A stretch of DNA of 64,000 nt from Escherichia phage slur14, in the sequence record NC_028448.1. The stretch is one strand, 5' to 3'. Shown here piece by piece: positions 30,827 through 41,547 of the stretch. A program made the position numbers and the translations under genes. Numbering within the stretch: position 1 is the first letter of the stretch; each line of letters starts with the position of its first letter. The notes under the pieces were generated by a model. The model had not been told where the DNA came from. It made no database searches and was given only the letters and a program-made list of their open reading frames with translations.

Positions 30827-31078
30827 TCATTCCTTCTCTCTGATGATAATTACCTGATTTGGCTGCGCAGACTTTTTAGTTTCACCTACAATTGACCAAA
30901 TAAATGTAATAAACCAACCAATAATTGACCAGTTAAACAGTAAAGATGTGAAAAAGATTCCTACTGTCGATTTTGACCCACGCATCAAGGCGATAAACCA
31001 TGGAAGCATGTATATAATAATAGCCAACACGCCTGATACTAAAACCATAAAAATTGAACCTGCTACTAAAGTTTCCAT
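30827..31078 (-). CDS. imm: Imm immunity (superinfection exclusion) membrane protein
   Basis: 83 aa; two TM segments; as T4 Imm. Confidence 0.9.
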   Translation of the reverse strand: METLVAGSIFMVLVSGVLAIIIYMLPWFIALMRGSKSTVGIFFTSLLFNWSIIGWFITFIWSIVGETKKSAQPNQVIIIREKE

Positions 31079-31085
31079 GTTTTCC

Positions 31086-31466
31086 TCACTTAGTCAAATT
31101 TTTTACGCATGAATTATAAGAATTCACTACATACTCCATCGGAGCATTTTTACCAGTACGCCATTGGTAATTATTAGCCCAATTAGCCCAAATTTCGGCG
31201 CAGTAGTTTTCAATTTTTTCTTCGCGTGTAATTACATCAGAATTACGATATGCTTGAGCAGATTCATCTGGACGAATAGCTTCGTCAAAATTCGCCTGCA
31301 TTTGTTCGACTGTTTGCTTTGGAGCTTCTTTATAACACTTGACATTAGGATTATAAAATTTGCTTGAACAGTTTACAATTTTTCCTGCATCAGACTGATT
31401 TACTACCGGTCCTTGAGCTACACAACCAGTAAGACCTAATGCAATAACCAAAATAGCGATTTTCAT
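31086..31466 (-). CDS. putative lipoprotein (126 aa)
   Basis: Signal peptide with LTGC lipobox. Confidence 0.6.
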   Translation of the reverse strand: MKIAILVIALGLTGCVAQGPVVNQSDAGKIVNCSSKFYNPNVKCYKEAPKQTVEQMQANFDEAIRPDESAQAYRNSDVITREEKIENYCAEIWANWANNYQWRTGKNAPMEYVVNSYNSCVKNLTK

Positions 31467-31476
31467 AATAATTTCC

Positions 31477-31713
31477 TCAAATACAAGTAGTAATTACTCC
31501 AGTAGTGCTTACACAGATATTACCTAATTGAACACCCAGCGTTCCATTAGTATTCACATGAAGATTATCATCAATTTTAACTGATATTTTACCATTAGTG
31601 TGAATAACGGTGCTAGATTCAATCACAGGTTGAGTATCATTTTCAACACTAACAAATGGAACTGCTGCTAATGCAACTAAACAAACTGCTAAGCATCCCA
31701 TAACAATTTTCAT
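31477..31713 (-). CDS. small secreted/membrane protein (78 aa)
   Basis: Track ORF 31477..31902 trimmed to MKIVMGCLAV; upstream part is promoter cassette read-through. Confidence 0.5.
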   Translation of the reverse strand: MKIVMGCLAVCLVALAAVPFVSVENDTQPVIESSTVIHTNGKISVKIDDNLHVNTNGTLGVQLGNICVSTTGVITTCI

Positions 31714-31734
31714 TTTATTCTCCAAATCCGTATT

Positions 31735-31777
31735 AGTTGATAATTGTATAGTACCACAGAGGAACAGTCTTGTAAAC
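31735..31777 (-). promoter_or_regulatory. early promoter cassette
   Basis: Near-identical copy of the 2401 cassette. Confidence 0.6.
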
Positions 31778-31864
31778 AGTTTTGTGAAAAAATTTTTAAT
31801 GAATTTACAGGACCTAGAATCATCTATTTTTCCTAAGTATAGATTTATATTACTTGTATGAAAA

Positions 31865-31882
31865 AGGGACCCGGAGGTCCCT
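31865..31882 (-). terminator. intrinsic terminator downstream of gene 43
   Basis: GGGACC-CGGA-GGTCCC; minus strand followed by UUUUU. Confidence 0.55.
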
Positions 31883-31894
31883 AGATTTATTCTA

Positions 31895-34591
31895 TCAGCC
31901 AAACAGGAAGTCTAACGAAGCTTTTTCTTCATAGTCCATACCAGCCGATTCACACATGCCCGCAAGCGGTTTAACAAACGATTTTTGGAACAAAGTTGAG
32001 TAGTCAATCCAAGATAGTACATCAGAACGAATTTCTTTTGGAAGTTCTGTGCCCGACGGCCAAGCAATGCACTTGTCACCAAATGGATTTCCTTCACGCA
32101 ATGGAAGAACCATTACTTTATTTCCATCCAAAATTGGAGCTACACCCAGACCACTAACAGCTCGACGATAAGTTAGCACACCGCGAATATGGAACGGACA
32201 TTTAAATCCTGGCCAACCTTTATCATCATATTTTGCTATATCGTTCGCAGTTTTTACTTCAGCAATAACTTTATAGTCAAGTTGACGATATTCTTTCTCG
32301 AAGTTCTTGTAGTATTCTTGGACAGACTCTTCACCTTCCTGAAGAATACGACGAATACTTTCTTCGAGAGCTTCTTGCACTGCTTTTGGTGTTGAACTCT
32401 GTTGAGTTTCCATACCCATGATTTTTAGATGCGGTTCAGCAAATCGTTTATCTTCCATATCATAAACGTTCAGAGCATAACGCTTTTTCGCTTTCCAAAA
32501 TCCACCAACGCCCTTTGAACCAAGTGGAGGGCAAGAAATAGCTTCACGGTCCATATGCATCAGATGCTCGCGATTATTCATATAATCACATAACTCACGA
32601 TATGCAACATCAATCATAGGTTCCATCTTTTTCTTACCAAACTGATTCATGAATTCAACTAAATCATTTTGTTCTTTAAAGCGGTCAAGACCTACTTTTT
32701 CAATTACTTTATCTACACAAACATATACCGAATCAGTATCACCCGCGGCAATGAAATCTTCACCATCAGTTCCACATACTTTATTTAGATATTCATTAAT
32801 TTTACGAGCAATCCACTGAATACCGACTTGACCGAAAATTGTGATAGCAGTAGCATTTCGCAAATCATAGTAACGGAAATGAATATTACCAAGAGCACCG
32901 TAAAGGCTGTTAATAAGAATTTTACGGTTCAGCTGATTTGTGTTAGCAAGTGTAGCCGCTTTTTCACATTCTTCAATCAAACTATTGAGAACAGATTCAG
33001 TATAATTCGATAGTTCATTTAAGAAATCATCACTGAACTTAACATATCGTTCAACTTCAGGTTTAGTTGAACAAGACCCTGCGCCTTTCATAATAATCTT
33101 TTTAATAGCTTCGGCATTCATTTCTTCAGCGAACATTTTCTTTTTCCAATCTTTACGCTGGAAAAATACTTTAGCGATTTCCTTTGGAATGATACCTTCT
33201 TGATGCTTATCGTACATCCATCCATTCGGAGAACAAGAATATTCATCACTCGGTTTAGGAGCTGTTCCTGCGATATATTCATGAATTGGATGAACTTTAA
33301 ACTGACCACGAATAGTCTCAGGACTAATGTTAACCTGACGAATAATGCTCGGATACAGAGACGTCAAGTCAAAACTCATAATATATCGACGAGCAATTGG
33401 TTTAGGTTCAAATACAAATGCACCCGGAAAACTCTGTTTAACATGCGAACCTTGCTGAGGAATAACCTTGTGTTCACCTTTCAATGAGTTAAAAATAATA
33501 GCATCCCAAGTTTTAATAGGACTCATTACACCAGAAAAAGGCATTTTAGCATAATAAGACATACTTAAAACTAGATCGATAAACCCGCGAATTTTATCAA
33601 TTGCTTGAACTGATTCTACGTCAATGATGTTATAACTAATGTATCGTTGATGATTAGTCTCACGGAGTTTATTAATAGGACCGTCGTATGGTAATTTACC
33701 TTTTTTGGTTTCATGTTGAGCAACTGATTCCAAAGAGAATGACGGCAAATTAGTAAAAGCAAATTTCTTGTACAAATCTAAATAATCAAGAATAGATACG
33801 CCATCAATAGAATAAATTTCTTTGCTACCGTACATATTTTGAATTAGTTTAGATTTTACCCGACCGATTGGAGAGAAGCGTTTCATACTACGTTCACCGA
33901 GAACCATTTTAACGCGATTCATGATATACGGAACGTCAAATCCCTCAATATTCCAACCAGTAAAAATAGCAGGTCGTTTCTGTTCCCAAAGATTGATATA
34001 TTCCATGAGCATATCACGCTCATTATCGAATGGCATATAAATTACTCGGTCAAGAATTTCTTGAGGAACTTCATCACCACCTTCACAGTCAAGCTTAGCA
34101 GCTAACTTTGCATCCCATTTTGATACTGAACCGTACATTGAATTCAACAAATCAAAGACGTAAAAACGATCGTCAATTGAATCATAATGAGTGATAGCAT
34201 CAATTTCATATTCAGCTTTCATTGGGTCAGGAAATTTATCACCAGTAACCTCAATGTCACAGTTAGCTACACGAACAAATTTTCGGTCATAAACAATTTC
34301 TGAACCATATGTATCACTGATATAAGCGAGTTTAAAATCGTTCATACCGAGAGCTTCGAGACCGATGTCTTCCATTCGTTTCATCCAATCTCGAGCATCT
34401 TTCATTGATGGAAATTTTTGAGGAGCGCAGTTTTTACCATAGATGTCTTTGTACTTTGACTCTTCCTTACAATGCCTAAACATAGTCGGAAGATATTCTA
34501 CTTCACGAGTACGTTCCTTTCCGTTTTCATCAATATAACGTTCAACGATGTTATTTCCGACTGTTTCAATAGAGATATAAAATTCTTTCAT
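31895..34591 (-). CDS. 43: DNA polymerase gp43 (family B)
   Basis: 898 aa, same as T4 gp43. Confidence 0.97.
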   Translation of the reverse strand: MKEFYISIETVGNNIVERYIDENGKERTREVEYLPTMFRHCKEESKYKDIYGKNCAPQKFPSMKDARDWMKRMEDIGLEALGMNDFKLAYISDTYGSEIVYDRKFVRVANCDIEVTGDKFPDPMKAEYEIDAITHYDSIDDRFYVFDLLNSMYGSVSKWDAKLAAKLDCEGGDEVPQEILDRVIYMPFDNERDMLMEYINLWEQKRPAIFTGWNIEGFDVPYIMNRVKMVLGERSMKRFSPIGRVKSKLIQNMYGSKEIYSIDGVSILDYLDLYKKFAFTNLPSFSLESVAQHETKKGKLPYDGPINKLRETNHQRYISYNIIDVESVQAIDKIRGFIDLVLSMSYYAKMPFSGVMSPIKTWDAIIFNSLKGEHKVIPQQGSHVKQSFPGAFVFEPKPIARRYIMSFDLTSLYPSIIRQVNISPETIRGQFKVHPIHEYIAGTAPKPSDEYSCSPNGWMYDKHQEGIIPKEIAKVFFQRKDWKKKMFAEEMNAEAIKKIIMKGAGSCSTKPEVERYVKFSDDFLNELSNYTESVLNSLIEECEKAATLANTNQLNRKILINSLYGALGNIHFRYYDLRNATAITIFGQVGIQWIARKINEYLNKVCGTDGEDFIAAGDTDSVYVCVDKVIEKVGLDRFKEQNDLVEFMNQFGKKKMEPMIDVAYRELCDYMNNREHLMHMDREAISCPPLGSKGVGGFWKAKKRYALNVYDMEDKRFAEPHLKIMGMETQQSSTPKAVQEALEESIRRILQEGEESVQEYYKNFEKEYRQLDYKVIAEVKTANDIAKYDDKGWPGFKCPFHIRGVLTYRRAVSGLGVAPILDGNKVMVLPLREGNPFGDKCIAWPSGTELPKEIRSDVLSWIDYSTLFQKSFVKPLAGMCESAGMDYEEKASLDFLFG

Positions 34592-34649
34592 AGATATTCC
34601 TTAGTTTATAGCCCGAGTTATTAGGCTCTTGATATATTATACTCCAAAT

Positions 34650-34667
34650 AAGGGGCCGAAGCCCCTT
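34650..34667 (-). terminator. tetraloop hairpin
   Basis: AAGGGGC-CGAA-GCCCCTT. Confidence 0.5.
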
Positions 34668-34669
34668 GC

Positions 34670-34891
34670 TTAAATTAGTACTATTTGTCGGTGAAAAATT
34701 GTCATTCCATCTGCATTAATTGACTTAACGACTGCGGTAAAGTGTTTTTGTTCTGGATGAATTAATTTTTGAAATTCTACCTGAAATTTTAGTTGAAGGT
34801 TTTCTGGTAAATCAAAAAGTGTTTCTGTTGCAGAAAGATTATATTTTTCTTTAAGAGACGCCATGTATTCTTGCGGAGTTATAGCAGTCAT
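34670..34891 (-). CDS. hypothetical protein (73 aa)
   Basis: Track ORF trimmed to ATG abutting regA stop. Confidence 0.45.
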   Translation of the reverse strand: MTAITPQEYMASLKEKYNLSATETLFDLPENLQLKFQVEFQKLIHPEQKHFTAVVKSINADGMTIFHRQIVLI

Positions 34892-34892
34892 A

Positions 34893-35261
34893 TTAATTAC
34901 CAATCGTATATTTAGGAACGAGCTTCCATTCATGTTTTTGTTTAAAAGAAATAACTCGGAAGTTATTAGTTAAATCTTTCATAAAAGTTCTTTGACCAGG
35001 AACGATTTCAATCAGTCCCCAATCTTCTAACAGCCATGCAATCGAATCACGACGAACTTCATCTTCTTCTGTCATTTCAACTTGGCGACCATCCATACGA
35101 AGCATTTCTTTAAAATGAACGATATAGTATAGTCCTTTTTTCTGAAGAATATGACAGGACTGATACAGAACTTTATCTTTATTATTAGCAATTCCCATAC
35201 GAGTCAAAGTTTCTTTTACTTTCAGAAAATCTTCAGGTTTTTTAAGAGTAATTTCAATCAT
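34893..35261 (-). CDS. regA: RegA translational repressor
   Basis: 122 aa; near-identical to T4 RegA from memory. Confidence 0.93.
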   Translation of the reverse strand: MIEITLKKPEDFLKVKETLTRMGIANNKDKVLYQSCHILQKKGLYYIVHFKEMLRMDGRQVEMTEEDEVRRDSIAWLLEDWGLIEIVPGQRTFMKDLTNNFRVISFKQKHEWKLVPKYTIGN

Positions 35262-35262
35262 T

Positions 35263-35826
35263 TTACCATTCCAATGCTAGTTTTTTGAGTTGTTTCTGTT
35301 CTTTTACGTTCTTAGTCACTTCTTTCAAAAAATCATCCGTGACTAAACCTTTTAGTTCTTTTAATACTAAAGGAAGTTTTCCATTTTTAGTAAGAATTGA
35401 TTTATAGTTAATTGCATCATTTGTATTAACTTGATACCGTTTAGCAAGTAACTTAATAATCAATACTTCGGTGGAATCTTCAACCAGTTTTGCCCATTTA
35501 CCATATCTTTTACCACGAGGAACTGCAGCCATCAGATAATTAAAATGAGCTTCATCACTTAAACCTGATCCAATTAAATTCATAGCATATACAGCTGGCA
35601 TGCATTCAGGAAATTGTGATAATGCATTCTCAACCATGTATTTTGAATAATCTTTTTGAGCAATAGAGCATTTAGTTTTATTATTAATAGCTCCAATTAT
35701 TTCAAAAAATTCATTTTCAGCTTTTTCTTTAAAAGAATCAGCAGCGGATTGGACAGCTGTCCAATCTTTTGAATACCAAGCAACTTGATGCTCGTTTAAT
35801 TGAATATCATCTTCAAATAAGCTCAT
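35263..35826 (-). CDS. 62: clamp loader small subunit gp62
   Basis: Track ORF trimmed to MSLFEDD start (187 aa). Confidence 0.9.
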   Translation of the reverse strand: MSLFEDDIQLNEHQVAWYSKDWTAVQSAADSFKEKAENEFFEIIGAINNKTKCSIAQKDYSKYMVENALSQFPECMPAVYAMNLIGSGLSDEAHFNYLMAAVPRGKRYGKWAKLVEDSTEVLIIKLLAKRYQVNTNDAINYKSILTKNGKLPLVLKELKGLVTDDFLKEVTKNVKEQKQLKKLALEW

Positions 35827-35827
35827 A

Positions 35828-36787
35828 TCACTTCCACTGCATTTCACATGCTAACTGAATGAAAAGATAAGCTAGATGCAATTCAGTATTAGCTGCAATA
35901 CCATGATACTGGTTATTTTCACCAACAATTTCATACATACGAATAATACTTTGCGGAGTTACGCGTGTATAGATTTCTTCGGCAAGTTTACCCACGAACC
36001 ACGAATAATCAGCTGCATATTTTGGTGCTAAAGCTCTGAGTTGTTTAACATCTTTATTTTTGAGAGACTCAAGAACATCATCAATAGCACCACGATCGTT
36101 AGTAACCAGTGATAAAATACCAGCATCCAAAACACCTTTAGATGAATAACTATCGAGCTCGCCAATAGTTTTACGAAAATCAGGAAAATTCTTTTTAACC
36201 AAAGCTGCTACAACTTTCATATCAGCTATAGCAATTCCTTCATGCTTACAGATTTCAGTCAATCGACGAATCATCTGCTTCATCATTTCAATTTTATCTT
36301 CATCGGTCGGTTGACCGAATGTAATAACTCGGCAGCGTGACTGAAGCGGTTTAATAATACCATCAATATTGTTAGCAGTAATAATAATACTACAGTTTGA
36401 ACTATAAGCTTCCATAAATGAACGAAGATGTCGCTGAGACTCTGCTAGCCCTGAACGGTCAAATTCATCAATAACGATTACTTTTTGACGACCATCAAAT
36501 GAAGCTGCACTGGCAAAATTAGTCAAAGGACCGCGAACGAAATCAATTTTACAGTCTGATCCATTTACAAACATCATATCAGCATTTACATCATGACACA
36601 ATGCTTTTGCTACAGTTGTTTTACCTGTTCCTGGAGAAGGAGAATGAAGAATAATATGTGGAATCTTACCTTTACTTGTAATAGATTTAAAGGTTTCTTT
36701 ATCAAAGGCGGGAAGAATACATTCATCGATAGTAGATGGACGATATTTCTGTTCAAGAATGTGTTCTTTTTCATTTACGGTAATCAT
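35828..36787 (-). CDS. 44: clamp loader ATPase subunit gp44
   Basis: Track ORF trimmed to MITVNEKEH (319 aa); Walker A GTGKTT. Confidence 0.95.
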   Translation of the reverse strand: MITVNEKEHILEQKYRPSTIDECILPAFDKETFKSITSKGKIPHIILHSPSPGTGKTTVAKALCHDVNADMMFVNGSDCKIDFVRGPLTNFASAASFDGRQKVIVIDEFDRSGLAESQRHLRSFMEAYSSNCSIIITANNIDGIIKPLQSRCRVITFGQPTDEDKIEMMKQMIRRLTEICKHEGIAIADMKVVAALVKKNFPDFRKTIGELDSYSSKGVLDAGILSLVTNDRGAIDDVLESLKNKDVKQLRALAPKYAADYSWFVGKLAEEIYTRVTPQSIIRMYEIVGENNQYHGIAANTELHLAYLFIQLACEMQWK

Positions 36788-36821
36788 AATTTCCTCATTC
36801 AAGTTTTAGTGTAAATTATAA

Positions 36822-36835
36822 AGGGCCGAAGCCCT
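36822..36835 (-). terminator. tetraloop hairpin between 44 and 45
   Basis: AGGGC-CGAA-GCCCT. Confidence 0.45.
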
Positions 36836-36838
36836 CTA

Positions 36839-37525
36839 TTAAAAATCGTGGGTAGAATCAGCTTCAAGAGCTACTACATAATTCGCGTGTTCACCTTCAA
36901 ATTTAGCAGCACCTTGTTTACCTTTTGCCCAGAGCAGAAGTTTATAATTTCCTGGTTGCATTTTCATATTTGCCATATTGATAATGAAATTAAATGTATT
37001 TTCACCATCATAATCACCAAGAGTCAAAGAATATTTAACACGGGTCAGAGCAGAATCTTCTACTTTATTAAAACCGTTAATTACGATTTTACCTTCTTTT
37101 ACCGTGATAGCAATTGTATCAATTTGCAGACCACGAGATACACGCAACAGTTGTTGAAGGTCTTCAGCTTTAATTTCAGTAACAACAGATGCTACCGGGA
37201 ATGGAATTGGTTTATTAGGAGCAACTACTGTACTCGGATCGGCTGCTGGCCAAAAAATTGTTGAACGAGCATCAGCAATTTTAATATTTCCATCTTCTGA
37301 CTGGGAAATTTCTGCATCATCATTAACTAGAGACAGAATACCGAGAAAACCGTTCAAATCGTAAATTGCTACATCAAAATCAATAACGTCAGAAATATTT
37401 GCTTCCGCATAAGTTGTACCATTAACTGCGCGAGTCATAATAAATTGACCGGATTTAAGCATAATGCCAGAGTTAATAGTAGCGAAATTTTTCAAAATAT
37501 TCAGTGTATCTTTAGACAGTTTCAT
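36839..37525 (-). CDS. 45: sliding clamp gp45
   Basis: 228 aa as T4 gp45. Confidence 0.95.
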   Translation of the reverse strand: MKLSKDTLNILKNFATINSGIMLKSGQFIMTRAVNGTTYAEANISDVIDFDVAIYDLNGFLGILSLVNDDAEISQSEDGNIKIADARSTIFWPAADPSTVVAPNKPIPFPVASVVTEIKAEDLQQLLRVSRGLQIDTIAITVKEGKIVINGFNKVEDSALTRVKYSLTLGDYDGENTFNFIINMANMKMQPGNYKLLLWAKGKQGAAKFEGEHANYVVALEADSTHDF

Positions 37526-37580
37526 GTAATTTCCTTCAATTCAAATGAGATTTAATTTTATAACTAATTTAATAAAGCAA

Positions 37581-37970
37581 TTAACGATTAAAATCAGCCG
37601 CAATTGTTTCCGCAACAATTTGAGCAGCAACAATTAGACGTTCATCTGCATTACCGCAATAATCATCTTCAAGACGTTCACCACATGAAGTCATAATAAA
37701 TTTAGCACCGGCGTTTAGGGATTCTGTAGTATGTTTGCGCATTAGTTCAATCCATTTATTACTTACTTCACGATCGATAGCTTCATAATACGCATGACGA
37801 GCAGGTGCAGATTTAATTTTGTTCTGAATAACTTCCATTGCGTTATCAGAAAGAGACAAAACCCATGCTCGACGAATTTTATTTTGGTTTTGTGGATTTG
37901 ATTCAGAACGCACGTGTTTTGGCTGAATATCTTTTACATCAACGTTATAATTCACAGTAATTTTAGTCAT
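37581..37970 (-). CDS. rpbA: RpbA RNA polymerase-binding protein
   Basis: 129 aa; position between 45 and 46. Confidence 0.8.
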   Translation of the reverse strand: MTKITVNYNVDVKDIQPKHVRSESNPQNQNKIRRAWVLSLSDNAMEVIQNKIKSAPARHAYYEAIDREVSNKWIELMRKHTTESLNAGAKFIMTSCGERLEDDYCGNADERLIVAAQIVAETIAADFNR

Positions 37971-37979
37971 AATACACCT

Positions 37980-38168
37980 TTAGTCATAATAATCAGTAAC
38001 AGTCCAAGCTTCATTTCTATTGGACATTATTTTTGTATATTCTGCTTTAAATGCATTCCTAAGCATAGATTCAGTAACTATATGCTCTTCATTAGAAAAA
38101 TTATTTCTCAGAATATATCGTTTTATTTCAGGAATAGTTAATAGATGCTGTCCAGTTGAATATTCCAT
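37980..38168 (-). CDS. hypothetical protein (62 aa)
   Basis: ORF track. Confidence 0.5.
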   Translation of the reverse strand: MEYSTGQHLLTIPEIKRYILRNNFSNEEHIVTESMLRNAFKAEYTKIMSNRNEAWTVTDYYD

Positions 38169-38223
38169 GTTTTTCCTCCATAGAGATTATACTCTAATAA
38201 ATTAAAGCATAATCTCTTATAAA

Positions 38224-39906
38224 TTAAACCATTACAGTAAATCGACCAACTTTCTTCATTTGAAGATGCTGACCGTATTCTTGCGGGTCATGGTCTTTAT
38301 GCGAAATTATAAAAACATTAGTGTTTTTCATTGAATTTATAATATTAGCTACACCTTTAATACCTTCGGCATCAAATGACCCATCAAACACTTCATCGAG
38401 TATTAATGTACTAATACTAACACCAGATACAATAGAAGCAATATCACGCCAAGTAAATAAAAGAGCAATATCAATTCTTGCTTTTTCACCTTCACTAAAT
38501 GAAGCATAACTAAAATCTTCGCGACCACGGGATTTAATTGTCTCATTAAATTCTTCATCTAATGTAAACACATAATCCGCTTCCATTATTTTAAGATAAT
38601 GGTTAATCTGCTTATTAAATAATGGAATGTACTTTTTAATAATAGCACCTTTAATACCAGAATCTTTGAGCATATCAGTCAAAATTCCTCGGTGGTATTT
38701 TTCCATTACTAAATTAGTTTTTGTCTTAACAATTTTATCAAGTTCTTCTTGAAGCAGTGCTATTTCATCAGCATGGTCAATAAACTCAGAAGATGCTTTT
38801 TCTATAGCCGCTTTAACTTTTTTAGCTTTATCTACTGCTGCGATCAGAGATTGCTTTTTATTGCGAATATCATTTGCCAACGACTGCTGAGTTTTAATAT
38901 TATCTCGGTATTCATCAACAAGAACTTTTAAATTATCACGATGTGTTGAAAGCTGTTCAAACGAATGCGTGCATTCAGAAACTTTATCTTTAATTTTAGA
39001 AACAACTTTATCACCGGAACTCAATTGTGACAAACAGGTTGGACATAATCCACCTTCGTGATACATATTAATGACTTTATTATATGAGTCAATTTTTGAT
39101 TTAATTAAAACTGCTTCTTGACCGATTTTATTAAATGCATCAGTCGGGTCTTCATCTAAAACAATATTAACTAATCTTTCATTAGCTTCTTCTATTTCCG
39201 ATTTTAGCGTTCTAGCTTCTTTTGCCAAATCATCATACATATTTTGCAGACGAATAAGGTTTTCACCAGTTAATTTTTTCTGTCGTTCAACGTTATCATT
39301 ATATATTTTAATTTGTTGGATAATACTATCTTTTTTAACATCAAGCACTTGGTTTTGTGAATTTAATTCACGTATTAGTGCTTTATTAAGCTTATCCATT
39401 TCAGCTAATGTTCCTACCTCGAGCAGGTCTTCCACAAGCTTTCTTCGCGCAGGGGTCGACAAACCCATGAAAGGGGTATACCCTGCTGTACCAAGGACAA
39501 CAATCTGCTTGAAACTGGCATATGACATTCCGATAAGCTGTTCAAATTCTGCTTGGAAATCTTTACTGCTGGCAGATTCATTAAGACGTGTACCGTTAAC
39601 GGTGATTTCGAAAACGTTTGGTTTTTGTCCTCTTTTGATATAGTACTTTTTCTCATCATATTCCATCCACAGTTCAACTAAAAGTTCTTTCTTATTTGTG
39701 CTGTTTATTAATTGACCTTTCTTTACATCACGAAATGGCTTGCCAAAAAGCCCAAATGTGATGGCTTCTAACATAGTAGACTTACCACCGCCATTTCGTC
39801 CAGTAATAAGAGTTTTTTGAACCTTATCTAGTTGAATGTCAATAGGATTTCCACCTACTGACATTATATTTTGATACCTAACTCGGTTTAGTTTAAAATT
39901 CTTCAC
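38224..39906 (-). CDS. 46: recombination endonuclease subunit gp46 (Rad50/SbcC-like ATPase)
   Basis: 560 aa; Walker A GRNGGGKST; coiled-coil middle region. Confidence 0.95.
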   Translation of the reverse strand: MKNFKLNRVRYQNIMSVGGNPIDIQLDKVQKTLITGRNGGGKSTMLEAITFGLFGKPFRDVKKGQLINSTNKKELLVELWMEYDEKKYYIKRGQKPNVFEITVNGTRLNESASSKDFQAEFEQLIGMSYASFKQIVVLGTAGYTPFMGLSTPARRKLVEDLLEVGTLAEMDKLNKALIRELNSQNQVLDVKKDSIIQQIKIYNDNVERQKKLTGENLIRLQNMYDDLAKEARTLKSEIEEANERLVNIVLDEDPTDAFNKIGQEAVLIKSKIDSYNKVINMYHEGGLCPTCLSQLSSGDKVVSKIKDKVSECTHSFEQLSTHRDNLKVLVDEYRDNIKTQQSLANDIRNKKQSLIAAVDKAKKVKAAIEKASSEFIDHADEIALLQEELDKIVKTKTNLVMEKYHRGILTDMLKDSGIKGAIIKKYIPLFNKQINHYLKIMEADYVFTLDEEFNETIKSRGREDFSYASFSEGEKARIDIALLFTWRDIASIVSGVSISTLILDEVFDGSFDAEGIKGVANIINSMKNTNVFIISHKDHDPQEYGQHLQMKKVGRFTVMV

Positions 39907-40166
39907 AAAAGATTCCTTTTAATGTATCTTTTAGACCATTCTATCATATCATCATAATCTAAAAAGTATTCATCAAATTCAGCCATGCAAACAACACCTT
40001 GTGCTGCTTTTGATGTGATATAAATTATTCCAACATATCTAGAATCTTCTTCGGTGTAATCAATATTTGCTATGAATTCATCATTAATGTCAAATGTCGA
40101 AAACTTCACAGTATGCATCCTTAATACAAGATACAGCCATATCTCGTAATGATTTAGGTGTGTCAT
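39903..40166 (-). CDS. hypothetical protein (87 aa)
   Basis: ORF track; start uncertain, overlaps next ORF. Confidence 0.4.
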   Translation of the reverse strand: MTHLNHYEIWLYLVLRMHTVKFSTFDINDEFIANIDYTEEDSRYVGIIYITSKAAQGVVCMAEFDEYFLDYDDMIEWSKRYIKRNLL

Positions 40167-40353
40167 TATCTAAAATGTTGAAGTTAAAAGATACAGCCCA
40201 GTCAGTGCAAACTGTAACCTTTTTAATACAATTATCTTCAACCTCTAACGGTTCAAACCAATATTCAATAATTTCTTTATGCCCAATATCATCTTTTACT
40301 TCGCATTCAAAATGCTGACTCATCATAACATTTTTAAATTCATCAAAAGTCAT
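40090..40353 (-). CDS. hypothetical protein (87 aa)
   Basis: ORF track; coupled to gene 47. Confidence 0.5.
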   Translation of the reverse strand: MTFDEFKNVMMSQHFECEVKDDIGHKEIIEYWFEPLEVEDNCIKKVTVCTDWAVSFNFNILDNDTPKSLRDMAVSCIKDAYCEVFDI

Positions 40354-41369
40354 TGTGTTGCCTCTACATATAGCTGATTCGCATATTGAATAAGTGCTTC
40401 ACGGTCAGAATCAGTGATGTCTGGAATTGCATTAATGTATTCTTCCATCAACGTCTGAAGAGATTGAACTTCAACTTCTTCACTGTCATCTGACTCGACA
40501 GAGTTATCAATTTTTGACACAACTCGTAATGAATGCACAACTTTTTCTAGTTCAGATTCGAACTTCGTCAGATTTTTGTCTACCTCAGTTACTATAACAC
40601 GTACTGATAGATTTGTAAAATCTTTATAGTCAATTTTTCCTTTAAATGGATAATGAATTCTACGATGCCAGGTAGTATTGTTTGGAATAAATTCCATTCG
40701 TTCTGTTTCTGTATCAAACATCCAGAACCCACGAGGGTCATTCTCGTCACCTGCAGTTAGTGTCCATGGTGTCCCAATATATCTGACGTTTGCAGCCTCA
40801 GAGATAGTATGGAAGTGACCAGACCACACCTCTTTATAAGTCTTAAGGAAATCAGGTTCAAGACCGTGAGATTTCATTCCTTTATAAAAATAAAATCCAT
40901 TCAGTTCCCAGTGACCAACACAAAAAGAAGCAGATGAAGTTTTGATGTGCTCAAGAATTTCACCAGTATTTTCTTCGCACATCCAAGGAATTAAATCAAT
41001 TAAACATCCGTCAAAATCGACTGTAGTAGGCTTATCATATACTTTAACATTAGGATATTTAGCCAAAAGCTCAGTAGAGGCATTTGGATGCATTACATTT
41101 TTGTAGTGGAGATCGTGATTTCCTACAATAGTATGTAATGTGATTCCAGCACCATCAAGCATTTGAACTATTTCACGGGCAAACTCCATAGTTTTATGTG
41201 TGATTGCTTTTCGCACATCAAAAATATCACCGTATTGAATCCAGGTAGTAATTCCATTTTTCTTAGAATATTCTATCGCTTGCTTAATTCCATCAATTTG
41301 AATACCGCGAATCCACTCATCATCAGCTTTAACGCCTAAATGCCAATCACCTAAATTTAAAATTTTCAT
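40350..41369 (-). CDS. 47: recombination endonuclease subunit gp47 (Mre11/SbcD-like)
   Basis: 339 aa; metallophosphoesterase motifs GDWH...GNHD. Confidence 0.95.
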   Translation of the reverse strand: MKILNLGDWHLGVKADDEWIRGIQIDGIKQAIEYSKKNGITTWIQYGDIFDVRKAITHKTMEFAREIVQMLDGAGITLHTIVGNHDLHYKNVMHPNASTELLAKYPNVKVYDKPTTVDFDGCLIDLIPWMCEENTGEILEHIKTSSASFCVGHWELNGFYFYKGMKSHGLEPDFLKTYKEVWSGHFHTISEAANVRYIGTPWTLTAGDENDPRGFWMFDTETERMEFIPNNTTWHRRIHYPFKGKIDYKDFTNLSVRVIVTEVDKNLTKFESELEKVVHSLRVVSKIDNSVESDDSEEVEVQSLQTLMEEYINAIPDITDSDREALIQYANQLYVEATQ

Positions 41370-41529
41370 ATATCAAGAACCGTCATTGAAATGCAAAATA
41401 AAATTATTGAAATAAATCCATCTGGAGTGCTAAAGAACCCAATCCAACATGCTCTAGTGAATAGATAAAATGCAAGAAAAAGTATCACATATCCAAGAAA
41501 TATCATTATATCAAACTCCGTATAAAGCT

Positions 41530-41547
41530 AAAGGGCCGAAGCCCTTT
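41530..41547 (-). terminator. tetraloop hairpin at a-gt 3' end
   Basis: AAAGGGC-CGAA-GCCCTTT overlapping a-gt stop. Confidence 0.5.

Noticed and set aside
41366-41507. Possible small membrane ORF between gene 47 and a-gt
   Set aside because: Careful re-reading gives an in-frame stop after 17 codons, so it is not a credible gene.
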